NCBI RefSeq assembly: GCF_004010195.1
Contig: NC_057750.1
Span: forward strand, 696,181 to 747,240
Direction: 5' to 3'
Source: Chiloscyllium plagiosum
Lineage: Eukaryota
Length of the DNA: 51,060 nt
The translations under genes and the position numbers were made by a program. The notes under the pieces are model-generated. The model ran no database searches. It saw nothing but the letters and a program-made list of their open reading frames with translations, and was not told the DNA's origin. Shown piece by piece: positions 23,471 to 36,660 of this stretch (its first letter is position 1; every line of letters starts with the position of its first letter).

Positions 23471-24289
23471 ATTGTTGACTCCCTTTCCTTTTTTTTATCA
23501 TTTGTCCTCCCTCTTATTCCCTAGCTGCTGTACCCCCACACCTATGATCAAACATACGACAGCCCAAAACTCTCAAGCCATCATTGTTCAAATCAAGGCC
23601 TTGATTCTTTAGTTAAAAAATTGATTCATTCTTTCTTTCTTTCCAATACATTATTCTCTCAATTTTGACAGCTGAATGAGCAGCACAACATTGGATCTTG
23701 TATTATTTTTGAATCTAGCATCTTTTATTTTGTAGAAGTTATTAATTGAACAATTAAAGCTATATACAATATATAAACTCTGCTAACCTCTCTTTGAAAG
23801 GAACACAATAAAAGATGATGATTTAATAAAAAGTTCTTCCTTTGTGTAGTTCTTTGATGCCTGCTGTGTGTTATTTATTGTGTCTCCAAACATTGCAGAT
23901 ACTGAGAATCCGATGCTAGTTTGAGCTTGTCCTCTGAGAATTGCGGAGTGATTTGAGCAGCTCCAGCTCCTCACATGTTCTTGAAAGCAATCACTATGCT
24001 GTCTGCATCTGAATAACTGTCCAGAACCTTCAAAAATAACAGTCTGTCCGACACAAAACTCAACAGATTGCAGTTTTTACTCGTACAGAGGGAGCCTGGA
24101 AACTCACTTCATCTTCAGGCTTTACAAATATGCAAAAGAACAGAGACAATTAAGAAAAATATGGCCTTCTTAAAGACAACTGCCCCCATTGAGAATGTGC
24201 TTGGAAAAAAGGAAATGGTAGACCTATTAAGCACATGTTTGCTACAATTTTGCACAGTACAGGATGTAGGTCATCCTCATCAGCAACCA

Positions 24290-24810
24290 GACTAATGGGG
24301 AGCATGACTGTTCACTTTGGAAATTCCATGTCACTGGTCATGGGTTCTGTGGGTCCTGGAGTGGTTGATGAGCCCAATCCTGGAACCCCATCTCCCAGCA
24401 CACATTTGGCAGGTGTTTTCAGGAGTCACTGGCATTCCTTTTCTGTGCTTCTTTCTTCTCAGTAGATGCCTTGTCTGTGGCATACTTTAACATTGGAATG
24501 TTATCACACACCAGCAGAAACAGGATTCTTGACAGAACATAGTTTCAGTTCCAGTAGCATTGAAATCTCAACAACTAGAGGTCTCCGAATTACTGTAGCC
24601 TTCACCCACCATCACAGCCATTGATGTCACATGAATATCGTCTGTCTGGATCACCTTTAAGGACTTGTTTGGGATTGTGTTTTGTCGGTTCCTCCCCTCC
24701 AATCTTACCATTGTGGGTGGTCCTGCCAGATGTTTGTATCACCCTCAGGATCAATGGAACACTTCATCCTCTCCAGCAGCAAGGTGACAATCCATGGACA
24801 GGATGAAGGA
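24290..24810 (-). mobile_element. RTE-clade LINE remnant, apparently internally deleted
   Basis: 24600-24810 resembles recalled RTE 5' regions (caaggtgacaatcca) and 24290-24460 an RTE 3' end. Highly decayed. Confidence 0.45.
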
Positions 24811-24861
24811 AAACTGCCAGGAATACAAGGAAAGGGACCTGTTGGAGCATTACAAAGGATA

Positions 24862-26650
24862 AAGGAGCAACATTAGCTATTCTCCAGTCTTTTGGGACCA
24901 AACCTGTGGCTAAAAGAGATGCAAAGATCTCTGTCAAAACATCAGCAATCACCCCCCTTGCTTCCCTCAGTATCCTGGGATAGATCCCATCAATCCCTGG
25001 GGACTTATCTATCTTAATGCTTTGCAAGATTCCCAACATCTCCTCCTTCTTAATATCGACATGCCTTAGAATATCAACGTATCCCTCCCGAATTTTACCG
25101 TCATCCATGTCCTTGATCCTGGTGAATACTGGTTGAAATGTTCACCATGGATCTCACCCATCTCCTTTGGTTCCATTCTCTCCTTTATCTTTCAGTGAAC
25201 CTACCCTTTCTGAGCTATCCTCTAGCTCCTAATAAACTTACAAAATGTTTCCTTAATCCTACTTGCCCAGGACATTTCACAGCTCCTTTTATTCCTCCTA
25301 ATTCCTTGTTTCAGGTTTATCTTGCTTTCTTTATATTCCCCAAAGGCCTTGTCTGATTTAACTTTTCTAAACCTTGCCTACACTCCCTTTTTCTTTTTGA
25401 CTAATCTTTTGATTTTTCTAGTCATCCAGGGTTCCCAACTCTTGCTATCCTTATTCTTCATCGTCACAGGAATATGCTGGTCCTGAATTCTGATCAATTG
25501 GATTTTAAAAGACCCCCACCTATCAGATGTGCATGTACCCTCAAACAGCAAACACCAATTTAATTTCTCCACTTCCTGCCTGAGTCTGTTCTAATTAGCC
25601 TTTCCCCAGTTTAGCACGTTCACCTGAGGAACAGTTTTATTTTTATCTATAACTATCTTAAAATTTACAGAAATACGATCTCTGTTCCCAAAATGCTCCC
25701 CCAATCAAATTTCTATCACCTGGCCAGGCTCATTCCAGTACAACTCCTTCGCTAGTCGGACTATCTCTACATTGTTTCAAGAATTCCTCCTGGATTTGTA
25801 TTAAAATTTCTTCCCCATCTGAGCCCCCGGCACTAAGAGAGTCCCATTCAATATTGGGGAAGTTAAAATCACCCACTACAGCAACCCCTGTTGTTTTTAC
25901 ATCTTCTCATGATCTGCTGACATACCTGATCCTCTCCATCCCACTTGCTATTGGGAGACCCGTAGTACAACCCCATCATTGTAACTGCACCTTTCTTAAT
26001 CTTGAGGTCTACCCATAAGGCCTCACTGGGTGAGCCCTCCAAGATATTTTCTCAGTGCGGTTCTGACGTGCTCCTCAGTCAGTAATGTAACTCCCCCAGT
26101 CCTTTCACATCGCTCCCTATCACGCCTGAAACACCCAAACTCTGGAACATTGAGCTGCCCCTTCCTGTCTTACTCTTAACCAAGTTTGTGTAATGGCTAC
26201 AGCATCATAGTTCCATGTGCTGATTCAGGCTCTAAGCTCATCTGCCTTACTTATTGTCCTCCTTGCTTTGAAATAATTACAATGCAGATCACAAATTTCA
26301 CCGTGTTTATGAACCTGGCTCTGCCTGTTCTTTATATTAAACTTACTTGAGTTAACTTTTATCTTCTCCTCAATCATAGTCTGGTTCCTGCCTCCCCGTT
26401 ACTCTGGTTTCAACCTTCCTGCCTCTATCAAACCTTCCTGCCAGGATATTGGTGTCCCTCCAATTTCAGAGCAACACGTTCTTCTTGTACAGCTCCCTCC
26501 AAGAAGGGAGAGAGTCCAATGATCCAGGTATCTGAAGCTCTCTCACTAACATCAGCTCGTTAGGTTGGACTGTATTATCTTCCTATTTCAGGCCTTACTA
26601 ATACATGCCATGAGGATTAATCCTGAGATTATAACTCTCAAGATCCAATT
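24862..26650 (-). mobile_element. CR1 LINE internal fragment (ORF1 end, APE endonuclease, RT N-terminus)
   Basis: IKIDKSPGIDGIYPRILREA...WRIANVAPL (24764-25108), EPWMT linker (25378-25572), and a GDFN-type motif near 25850-25875. Confidence 0.88.
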
Positions 26651-27704
26651 CCTTCTCTGTTTCTACACTCACACTCATTCACAATTCAGACAGAGAATAA
26701 ATACATATACATTGTAGGAAAAACATTTGAAAAAAGAGCCAGGGAGCCAAATTCTAAAGTGTGTAAGTCCAAATTTCAATTTCTTTTGACTTTAGCAATG
26801 GTGACATACTGTTGTCTGTAAAATTCTAACTATCCTTCACATCAATCGTTGATCAAGTGGACCAGGATATTTTCTTGTTAGAGTTTCTTTGTTCTAAATT
26901 CTTTTGTTTATTTCTGTCTTTTCACCACACGGACAGAGATGTGTTTCTCCACTGTTTCTCTGTACCTTCATTACACCACAGCAACTGTGACAACAACTCC
27001 TGCTGTGGCCAGGTCTATCTGTCTCAGCGAGCCCATGTGGGGACCAGAGCTACAGAACAGTTCACACACACACGCACACACACACATAGAGTGGCACTCT
27101 TACACAGAAGGCCATGCAATGCCTTTACATGAATCTGTGATATTGGGCCTTATTCCAATGAATGCTATACCAGTTGTGATTCGAAGAGAGTGTAGGAGAT
27201 TGTCCCTTTGTCCGTCCCAGCCCACATCACCCAGAGAGGCAGCATTGCCTGTGGGAGCATGTTGGTGAGGATCCACAGTTCAGGGGGAGAGGAACGAGTT
27301 GCCAATGAGATCTCACAGGATCCTTGTGCTTTGTGTCCTGCAGGAGCTTGGTGCTGTTTCACCCTCACGGAGATGCTAATAGCCAATCTGCAATGACCAA
27401 TGAATTATGACCAGCATTTGCCCCCATGCCATTGGACACTGTCTACATGTTCCACACACACAATGCTGCTGTGGCATTGGTGTCACCATGTCCTGGGAAA
27501 GTGACTGAGTGATGCAGTTGCCCCTTGAAGTTAATGCCTGAACCTCTCACCATTACCCCAGGGGCCCAATCCCGACAGCTTAGTCCTGGCCCCCATCATC
27601 ATAGACATTCCCCCATTGAGGTCACTGATAAGTGAACCCCCTCAAACCCCTGAACCCCCCGCTAAAATATCCCATCTTCTCCACTCTTTGTTATGCCCCC
27701 CCAA

Positions 27705-28035
27705 TATAGAATCCCTCCAGTGCAGAAAAAGGCCATTCAGCCCATTGAGTCTGCATTGGCCCTCTGAAAAACATCCCATCCAAACCTAGACCACATCCAT
27801 CCCCATAACCTCACATTTATCATTGATAACTCACCAGGTTTGCACCGGCCTGGACACTACGGGACAATTTCCCATGGCCAATCCACCCGAACCTGCATAT
27901 CTTTATTCTGTGGGAGGAAAGCCAGGCAGACACGGGGAGAATGTGCAAACTCCACACAGACAGTCGCCCGAAGCTGGGATTGAACTCGGGTCCCTGGCGC
28001 TGTGTGGTTGCAGTGCTAAGCGTTGAGCCACTGTT
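27705..28035 (-). mobile_element. HE1-type V-SINE
   Basis: ggggagaatgtgcaaactccacacagacagtcgcccg..gggattgaactcggg. Confidence 0.9.
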
Positions 28036-29355
28036 CTCAATCTCTCTGTATCATACGTTGCTGCCTCCAGTCCTGGCACTGATTCCTTCAGTAATGTCCT
28101 TGACCTCCAGCCCACTCCACTCCAAGCCTCACAGTAGCCGATCCTCTGACTGACTCGGATGGTCAGTCCCGACCGAGGAGTGAGCAGATCTCCCCTGACA
28201 GGCTTCCCTTCAGCTTTGTTACCTGGAATTGCCAGTATGTTTTCAGTAGAGCTGCAGGACTGATCCATGGCTCAGTGTCTGAATTGCAGTGAGACAGAGA
28301 AGTGCCCCTTGGTGTGGTGGCCTGATAGGTGCCAGCGTCTGTGGATGTGAGGTGCACACACTCCCTGACCTTGGAGTGTGCCCTGAGATGTTGGTGCTGA
28401 GTGCCCAAGGTGGAGGTCTGGAAGAGCAAACACTCTGATTGCCGGGAATCGTCAATGACCATTTTCTCTCTGGAAGGTAGGAGATTGGGAAACTGCATAT
28501 CAATTGGTCAAGGTTAAATATAAGAAAGATGTTAATCAATGCTGGGAGACTCATGAGTGAGAATCCTGCCTCACTGTACAGACTTTGGTTGGAAAATCAA
28601 ATTATTTGCTCCTGCTGTCAAAAACCTTCTCACTGGAAACCTCACCAATTTTCCCAACTTTCTCTCCATAACCCACATTGTCCAAAAGCAAGGCGCCATT
28701 CCATGCAAATAGTCTTAACCTTGCATCGCTGTCCTCAATCTGGAATCTAACACCGTTTAAACACAAATGTGACCAAAGTTAACAATATGGGGAAGAGAAC
28801 GCATAGCTTTGCAAAGCTGGGGGAAATCTCTCCTTGTTTTGATATTTAGATTTGAGATTGGGACCAGCCATTCAGAACTAACTGAGCTATGAAGGAAGAA
28901 CCTAGCCTCAGAAAAGTTACATTCCCACAGCATTCAGATCCTCACCTTCATTCACCAATCTGCTGATACATGGAAACTTAAAACCGCCGGAGGATTTAAA
29001 CCCAGGAGCCTGAGCAATATTATTGATGGCAAAGAGGATTGTAATCTCGTTACACACTGCGTATTAATCAGGAAGTTGGAGATAAAGTAATTAATTGGTT
29101 TTAAATAATTAAAAAGACATAAAACTCCTGGCAGTGAGTTCAATCCAGTTGTAATGAATTTTTGACATTACACTAGCTGATAAGTTAAGGAGGTTAGTTC
29201 GTTTAATTGAAAAACAGCGTTCATTTGCAAAAGCAAATCTCCTGAACTGATTAGGTCCCTTTATACAAAAAAAATTCTTCCTCCTTCTTTTAAAATTCCT
29301 GCCATTGTTAAGATGGATCCCCACAGATATCTTCCAAAATATTGACATGAAAGTG

Positions 29356-29935
29356 TTCGTCTGTATCTAACCCTGTGCTTCGAGCGTTTGATGGAGACAG
29401 TGTAGAGTGTGCGTTACTCTGTATCTAACTCTGTGCTATCCCTGTCCTAGAAGTGGTTGATGGAGACAGATTAGAGGGAGCTTTACCCTGTGTCTAAACC
29501 TGTGCTGTCCTGTCCTGGGAGTGTTTGATGAGGACAGTGTAGATAGAGTTTTACCCTATGTCTGATCCTGTGTTGTCCCTGTCCTGGGAGTGTTTGATGG
29601 GGACAGTATAGAGAGAGCTTTACTCCATGTCTCACCCTGTGCTGTCCCTGTCCTGGGAGTGTTTGATGGGGACAGTGTAGAAGGAGCTTTACCCTGTATC
29701 TAAACCCGTGCTACCCCTGTCCTGGGAGTGTTTCATGGGGACAGTGTAGAAGAAGCTTTACCCTGTGTCTAACCCCGTGCTGCCCCTGTCCTGGAAGTGT
29801 TTGATGGGGACAGTGAAGAAGGAGCTTTACCCTGTATCTAACCCCGTGCTGTCCCTGTCTTGGGAGTGTTTGATGGGGACAGTGTAGAGGGAGCTTTACT
29901 CCATGTCTCACCCTATGCTGTCCCTGTCCTGGAAA
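29356..29935. repeat. ~69-bp minisatellite, about 8.5 units
   Basis: Unit ctttaccctgtatctaaccccgtgctgtccctgtcctgggagtgtttgatggggacagtgtagagggag recurs near 29481, 29549, 29618, 29687, 29756, 29825 and 29893. Confidence 0.95.
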
Positions 29936-30927
29936 GAATGTTGATGCTGACTATTTTAGTGATTTCTCTTTGATGCCACCAACATTTCTCATCTTGATGA
30001 ATACAGAGGACTCACAAAGAAATATAACTTGTGGAAAAACAGAAAGAAAAAAAATCAATTTTTATAGCTTTGAAGTCATTTCTAAAATAACATTGTAAAA
30101 CAACTTCCGTTAACTTCCTGGACATTTATTTACTTCATCTTGTTTTACTTGTAAGTTTCAGAAATACCATTTTGCAGACTGTGATAAAGCTGTATATGGG
30201 TGACCCTGCCTGTAAACCATTAGACACTTGCCAGCTCATGGGTAGTGGGTTCATTCTGGGTAGGGATCAGTGGCCTGGGTAACTCGAATTTAACAAAGAA
30301 CTCAACATTTCAAAGAAGGTTAGTGCAGCATTGACTCAGAAAGGGGATCTTTCCCATTCTCCCTTCAGATCAGAAACACAGACCAAGAATTCCCTCTGGG
30401 TTGTGATAGTTTATTTTTGTGAATTTTTCCCTCACTTCTCGAAATCAGTGCAGCATCTTTCAATTTAATTTATATCAAAACTGGCCTCTGCTCACCATTG
30501 AAACCAGCATTTCAATATAGTTTGATAAGGTTGTATTTAGCAATTTAAAATTCAGTTGAATGCACTGATTAAAATGGTTTTCATGATAAGCTTGTGTCAA
30601 GCAAACTGGACCAAGTTACCAATTCTGAAACACTACCTAAGAGAGTGGGTTCCTAGCAGATTCCTGGCAGATGCAAAGGAATTGAGCAAGAAACTGAGAG
30701 AAGAAAATACTTCACGAAACAATTGCAGTTTTCATCCAGATCATTGATTCACCCAATGCAGAAACATTGATCATCCAGGATCCGATTTCTTTTGCTCTTC
30801 TGCAGATGTTATGCAGTTAACCTTATCCTCTTATTAAACTCTCTTCATCGTCCATGTTTGAGGTTGACTCCTGACTGTTCTACATGGTAGGTGTTGTACT
30901 TAATGCAATGATTTCTCCCCAGAGTTA

Positions 30928-31050
30928 TGATTTGGAGATACTGGAGTTGGACTGGGGTGTACAAAGTTAAAAATCACAAAACACCAGGTTATAGTATAAC
31001 AGGTTTAATTGGAAGCACTAGCTTTCAGAGTGCCACTCCACAACCACCCG
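30928..31050 (-). mobile_element. PLE family 2 terminal fragment
   Basis: Reverse complement of 49665-49795. Hammerhead partly deleted. Confidence 0.8.
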
Positions 31051-31054
31051 ATAA

Positions 31055-31268
31055 TTAGACTGCTGAATGGACCTCTCTAACTTCCAATAATGTTGATCTT
31101 GCTTCACATACGTCCTGTGCGGCCATAACCCTGTGTCCCTCACTCCGTCTAGGCACCCTATGATCTCTATGTCCTCATTTGCTATGATCTGCCTGTACTG
31201 CTCACAAACAAAATGTTTCACTGTACTGAGGTACATGTAACAACAATAAACCAAACCAAATCAAATAA
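31055..31268 (+). mobile_element. Rex1/Babar-like LINE 3' end
   Basis: tttcactgtactgaggtacatgtaacaacaataaa followed by a (ccaaa)n tail, resembling recalled Rex-type tails. Confidence 0.55.
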
Positions 31269-31642
31269 GTCAAACACTATAAATGTGAACCAGTCACCCC
31301 ATGCCTCTTGCAAACAAGTGAAAGCATCTGGAGAAAGGAGATTGAGAAGCAACATTCTGACTAATACAAGGTTAATCTTGGCAGATCCTATGTCAACAGT
31401 GACTCACTCATCTGCTTTCCCAGTCTTTCCCTCTGCTCATAACATCCATGTTTTTTTTTTCTGGAACTTTATACCAATTCATTTGGAATAAATACTCAGT
31501 CTTGTTAGGCACAAAAACCTGGTTTGTGCTTTCTCTTAACCCAGGTAAATTTGTGAATCTTGTAAATTTTTCAAAACCTTTAAGTTCTGGGTTTACTCCT
31601 GGAATGGTAGAGTTTGATTTCCGTCGCGCTATTCCAGTGAGG

Positions 31643-31859
31643 GGTAAGTGAGGACTGCAGATGCTGGAGATCAGAGTCTAAAAGTGTGGCACTGGAAAAG
31701 CACAGCCAGTCAGGCAGCATCCAAGGAGCAGGACAATCGACGTTTCAGGCTTAAGCCTGACACATTCCTAATGAAGGGCTTATACTCGAAACGTCGACTC
31801 TCCTGCTCCTCGGATGCTGCCTGACTTGCTGTACTTTCCCAGCGCCACACTTTTTGACT
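31643..31859. mobile_element. PLE family 1 foldback element, 14-bp TSD
   Basis: ctattccagtgagg at 31629-31642 and 31860-31873. Inverted arms; hammerhead box mutated to CTAATGA. Confidence 0.88.
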
Positions 31860-32099
31860 CTATTCCAGTGAGGCCTAACAGAGGGCATTCACATTATCCT
31901 GAAATAGAGCAATTTATCAGCAATGTTGGGCCATAGCTTTTGGATCATCCCTTGCTGCCCAGATTCCTGGGATCATCTGAAAGTCTGACTTCCGTTAAAT
32001 TAATTGATCGTGGATCTGGAGGGGACCAGGGTGGGTAAGTGACCCGATTTGGTGTGAAGGTGAGGAGGGATTGGGACTGCTTTCCTTAAAAGGAGCAAG

Positions 32100-32425
32100 C
32101 TAAGTGAAGATTTGATACCTGGACAGAGTAGAAAGAGAAAAGCTGTTCCTCCTCATTAGCAGATGGAGAACCGGGGAGGAGGGAGGCACAAGTTTAAAAT
32201 AATTTTTTTAAAAAATGAATATGAAGTGAAATAAATCTCTTTCACATAGTGAGTAGTTAGGTCTGGAATATACTGCCTTGTAGAGCTAGGTTTCACTGAG
32301 ACATTCTGAGACAGGCTCACAGTGAGAATGGCGCTGTGTCATAATGGCCATCTGGAGAGCCAATGCAGGCATGATGGGCTGAATCACCTCCTTCTGCACC
32401 ATATTCTTCCTGTAATGCTGTGATT
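32100..32425 (+). mobile_element. Old CR1 3' fragment
   Basis: Decayed ORF2 end and tail gcaggcatgatgggctgaatcacctccttctgcacc. Confidence 0.6.
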
Positions 32426-33859
32426 TGAGTCCAACCGAAAGATCCTCTTTTCATGTTGTAAATCGAGATACCATAGCATCATCAAGCCCCAACTACAATT
32501 AAATTGGGGTTGAGTTGAGAAGCCATGATGGATTGATCCTGTCTGAACTGGCCCTGGGATCATAGGGAGAAGACATTGTTTACTATGGCTTCCCAGGAAT
32601 GCAACGATAGTTGTTGAGGGTATCGAGATATTTGTCGATGTCCAACACAGACAGGGCTCGCTCCCTATGAGTGTAGGTTATAGAAGAGTTTGAATGAAGG
32701 GGATAAATCCAAACCAGAAGAGAAAATCTAATGGAGAAATGGTACATTGAATTAGGGAAGTCTCTCCCATTTACAGGAACAGCTTGGTGTGTTTTGCATC
32801 AGGCTGCTTGTTGTGGATTACTTCCCGATTCAGCCAAGTGAAGCTCTATCTCCTGAAGTCTTGATGTAAACTGGTGTCCTTTGACATTATTGACTGAGTA
32901 GTTATCAATTTGCTGACCAGTGAAACAAGATTAAAATGCTAATATAACAGAATTTGCTTCTTTTAATTCTTTCTGTGGCTGTAGACATGTCGTGAAGATA
33001 TGGACTGTGAAAATTATTGATATGAGGTAATTGAATCATTAATACCCATAAAAAGCTCATTACAGATGTCACAATTGCCCAGAACAGAGAAATCTTATGC
33101 CTATGAGTCTGTTGCAAATCAGATCATTTCCCAGTTGCTCAGCAGTGTCCTGTCAAAGGGCAGAGTGTACTTTGTGAAATCAGTTGAACAGAGCAGAATT
33201 GTCTTTAAGAGGTTGCAGTAAGTAATGGTGAATGTTTAACTTGTAAAGGTGATGGTGAAATCCTTTCTTGCACAATCAAATTGCTGGGAACTGCAAGATT
33301 CAGAGGAATAAAAAGGAGATGATTATAGAGAGCGTTCTGTTTCAGTATGGTTTCTCAGTGAAGAGAAATTACAATAGATAAGCACTGGTTGCTGCTTCTC
33401 TGAAATTGCTTATCTCTTTGCTTGCTCACATTTGTATCATTTCAAGACCCTGACTCATTGTCCCACTTCTAAAGTTACGAGCTCCCTCCAAATATATGAC
33501 TGTCAACCTTCCACTGCCTTTCCATCCTTTTGAAACCATTCTGTTATCAAACAATCGTACAGCACAGAAAGAGGCCATTCAGACCATCACAATGATGCCA
33601 GCTCTTTTGAAGAATAATTCAATCAGTTCCACTTCTCTGTGCTTCCCCAAAATCATTGCATTTCTTTTCCCCCACGCCAAGCTCTTAAAATTATTTTCAA
33701 TAGTATGCTGGGAAATTGCACCAACACTCGAGATTCTCCAATTTGGGGCCATCACAAAATTTAAAGATTTGATCAAAATATTGAAGTGTATCTGTCTGAT
33801 GGACTCAGGTTAATTCCAACACTGACCAGGTTTCTGTACTTAACAAGAAACTATGAGTT

Positions 33860-34150
33860 AGGGTCAGAGAGTTTCTACCATTTGGAAAGAAGCCCTTTAG
33901 CTCATTGTGTTTGCACTGGGATCAAACATCTAACCATTCGAATCCCGTTTTCCAGCACTTGGCGCCCATAGCCTTGATGTTTGAGGTGTTTATCTAAGTA
34001 CTTTTTAAACATTCTCAAGGGCTCCTGTGTCTACCACCCATTCACCCAGTGAGTTCCAAATACCTCCCACCCTCTGGATGAAGTAAATTATTCCTTAAAT
34101 ATCCTAGAAACTTCTTGGTCCTTATCTAAAAACTGTGCTCCACAGTTACC
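33860..34150 (-). mobile_element. Old CR1 3' fragment
   Basis: tttccagcacttggc.cccatagcc...gagttccaaatacctcccaccctctgg. Confidence 0.65.
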
Positions 34151-34402
34151 AACAAATAAATCTGTTCGAAGGAAAATAAATATGAATTATCAACTTATAA
34201 CTGTGAGCCTAATCTCTATCCTCTTCCTAAACCCTACACATACATGCAGACACATTCAACCAAACAAATATGGAGATTACAGGTAAAAGAAAAAAATACT
34301 GGGGAAACACAGTACCGGTCCACGAGGCCGAACAGCCTCTATTCTCACTGAGGGATTCTGAGGTTCTAAAGAGGATACAAAGATTTCGCACAAGGCCCCT
34401 GT

Positions 34403-34738
34403 GTGTGGCATGGTGGCTCAGTGGATGGCACTGCTGCCTCAAAGAGCCAGGGACCCAGTTATGATTCCACCCTCGGGCAACTGTCTGTGTGGAATTTGCA
34501 CACTCTCCCCATGTCTGTGTGGGTTTCCTCCCACAGTCCAAAGATTTGCAGGTTAGAGTGATGTTGCATTGCCCATAGTGTCCAGGGATGTGCAGATTGT
34601 GTAGGTTGGCCATGGTTAAAAACTCTATGAAAGGTTATGGGTTATGGGGTGAGTCTGGATCAGATGCTCTTGGAGGGTTGGTGCAGATTTGATAGGCTGA
34701 ATGGCCTCTTTCTGCCGTGTAGGAATTCTATGATTCTA
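34403..34738 (+). mobile_element. HE1-type V-SINE (long-tail variant)
   Basis: gtggcatggtggctcagtgg head, V-domain, (attctatg)n tail. Confidence 0.88.
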
Positions 34739-34739
34739 A

Positions 34740-35070
34740 TTCCCTTCCTTGCTTCCCTCAGTATCCTAGGATCGATTCCATCAGGTCCTGGGGACTTGTC
34801 TATCTTAATGCTTTTCAAGGCACCTAACACTTCCACCTGCTTAATATTGACATGTCTTAGATTATCAACAAACCCTGCTCTGAAGTGAGAATAGTTCACA
34901 GGTCAGCGCAACATCGAGGGCCGAAGGGCCTGTTCTGCGCTGTATTGTTCTATGCTCTATGTTCTAAGTGTGCCTTTCTCCTTGCTGAATACTGATATGA
35001 AATACCCATTAAAGACCTCACCCACTTCCTCTGGCACTTTAATCAATTCCTCCTTTGTCCTTGACGCTTG
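34740..35070 (-). mobile_element. CR1 internal fragment containing a ~78-bp plus-strand CR1 tail insertion (34888-34965)
   Basis: SIKIDKSPGPDGIDPRILREA. The inserted tail is flanked by aagtg at 34883-34887 and 34966-34970. Confidence 0.82.
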
Positions 35071-36343
35071 TTTGCTTCTTCCTAGTCCTTCTGATCTCTG
35101 AGCATCAGATCCAAATCCTTTCAGTTCCTTGTTGAAGATATAGCATGGTATGATGACACGTTAATTATTGAGTTTATCAGTCTCTGGTTAGAGGCAAAAT
35201 CATCTATCCAATGGTGGGTGACATTAGCTGAAGTTCAGTGCACCATTAATTCACTGCAGATAAAGGAAATCAGAGACTGTGTTTCCTGCCCTGGAGCCAA
35301 TCAGAGAGCTGTTACCATGTTGATGACTCCTAGCCACAGTTATTTTCCCATTTTGGTCCACAATCCAAAATAAAGAAAAATAAAATGGCACTGGGCAGAA
35401 TCTTTGAACAATACAGTGAGAAATATGGGAGATCCCTTGGAGAGATCCAGTGACGCCTTTCCCAATGTTGGGAGGAACTTGCTGTGTTTTTCAAGTTGGG
35501 ATAAGATTTGCAGTGAAGATTGGTGAGAGGTCTATTAACAAGGTTGGTAACAATACTCATTTTCATCTTCATTAAAATTCAGCTTCTCACAAAATGTCAA
35601 GAAACTAAATACTGAGAATTCACACCATGACTACCTGACAGGTCACCTGGAGACTCCCGATTGTTACTTGCACTGCCATCTTGGGCTCCTGGTACAACCA
35701 TCTCGGCACACTCTAAAGTGGGGCCTGTGTGTGTCCCAGATCCACAAACACTGATATCCATCACATGCCAGCCTCATGGATGGCACATCTCAGATCGATG
35801 AACAGCCCGCTCCCGCACTGCCATGCTGAGGTCTGGAACATGTGGGCCTTTTCAATTACAGTAGAGCTGCTGAGAGATGTCTCCATTGGGGAGAGAGTCC
35901 CACGGCTTGCCCCAGGCTCTCTCACCTGCTCTTCTGGCACCCACTCACTCCTCATTCCTCACAGCATTCCTCTGCCTTGGCCTTTTGTACTTTGCCTCCT
36001 CAGCCAGACCAGAAAGGCCCATATTGCTGCTGTATCGCCTCACAGTTTAGAGTGAATTGTGTCTGCATTATTAACAGGGATCAGTCAAGGGAGTCGTCAC
36101 TGTGCTGTATGTCACCAAGTTCTGTCAACATCACACCTGCAACCGTGGACCAGACGCAAAGACACTGGGTGTGCTTTAAGCAAACGCCCATGACTCAGAG
36201 TATTAGAGGAGCAGGAATGTCCAGGGAGGGAGCTGTCAGCCAGGGGCTCCCAGCTCATTAGGCCAGGGGCAGCCTCCAATATCCAGGGGACTCCACACAA
36301 CAGGCATCCAGGCGGGGTGCTCTCAGTAAGGGGGTCCAGGTAG

Positions 36344-36660
36344 TGGGGCAGCATGATGGCTCAGTAGTTAACATTGCTGCCTCACTGCGCCAGGGGCACA
36401 GGCTCGAAACCAGCCTTGGGTGACTATCTGTGTGGAGTTTGCACATTCTCCCCATGTCAGCGTAGGTTTCCTCTGGGTGCTCCGGTCTCCTCTCACAATC
36501 CAAAGATGTGCAGGTTAGGGTGGACTGGCCATTCTAAATTACCCATGGTGTTAGGTGCATTAGTCAGAGAGAAATGGGTCTGGGTGGCTTACTCTTCAGA
36601 GGGTCGGTGTGGACTTGTTGGGCCAAAGGGCCTATTTCCACATTGTAGGGAATCTAATCT
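36344..36660 (+). mobile_element. HE1-type V-SINE
   Basis: Head ggggcagcatgatggctcag, V-domain, tail tgtagggaatctaatct. Confidence 0.9.

Noticed and set aside
35669..35689. Second CTCF/YY1-like motif (CCCAAGATGGCAGTG, minus strand)
   Set aside because: Weaker core, no clear upstream module, and located in probable repeat-derived sequence.
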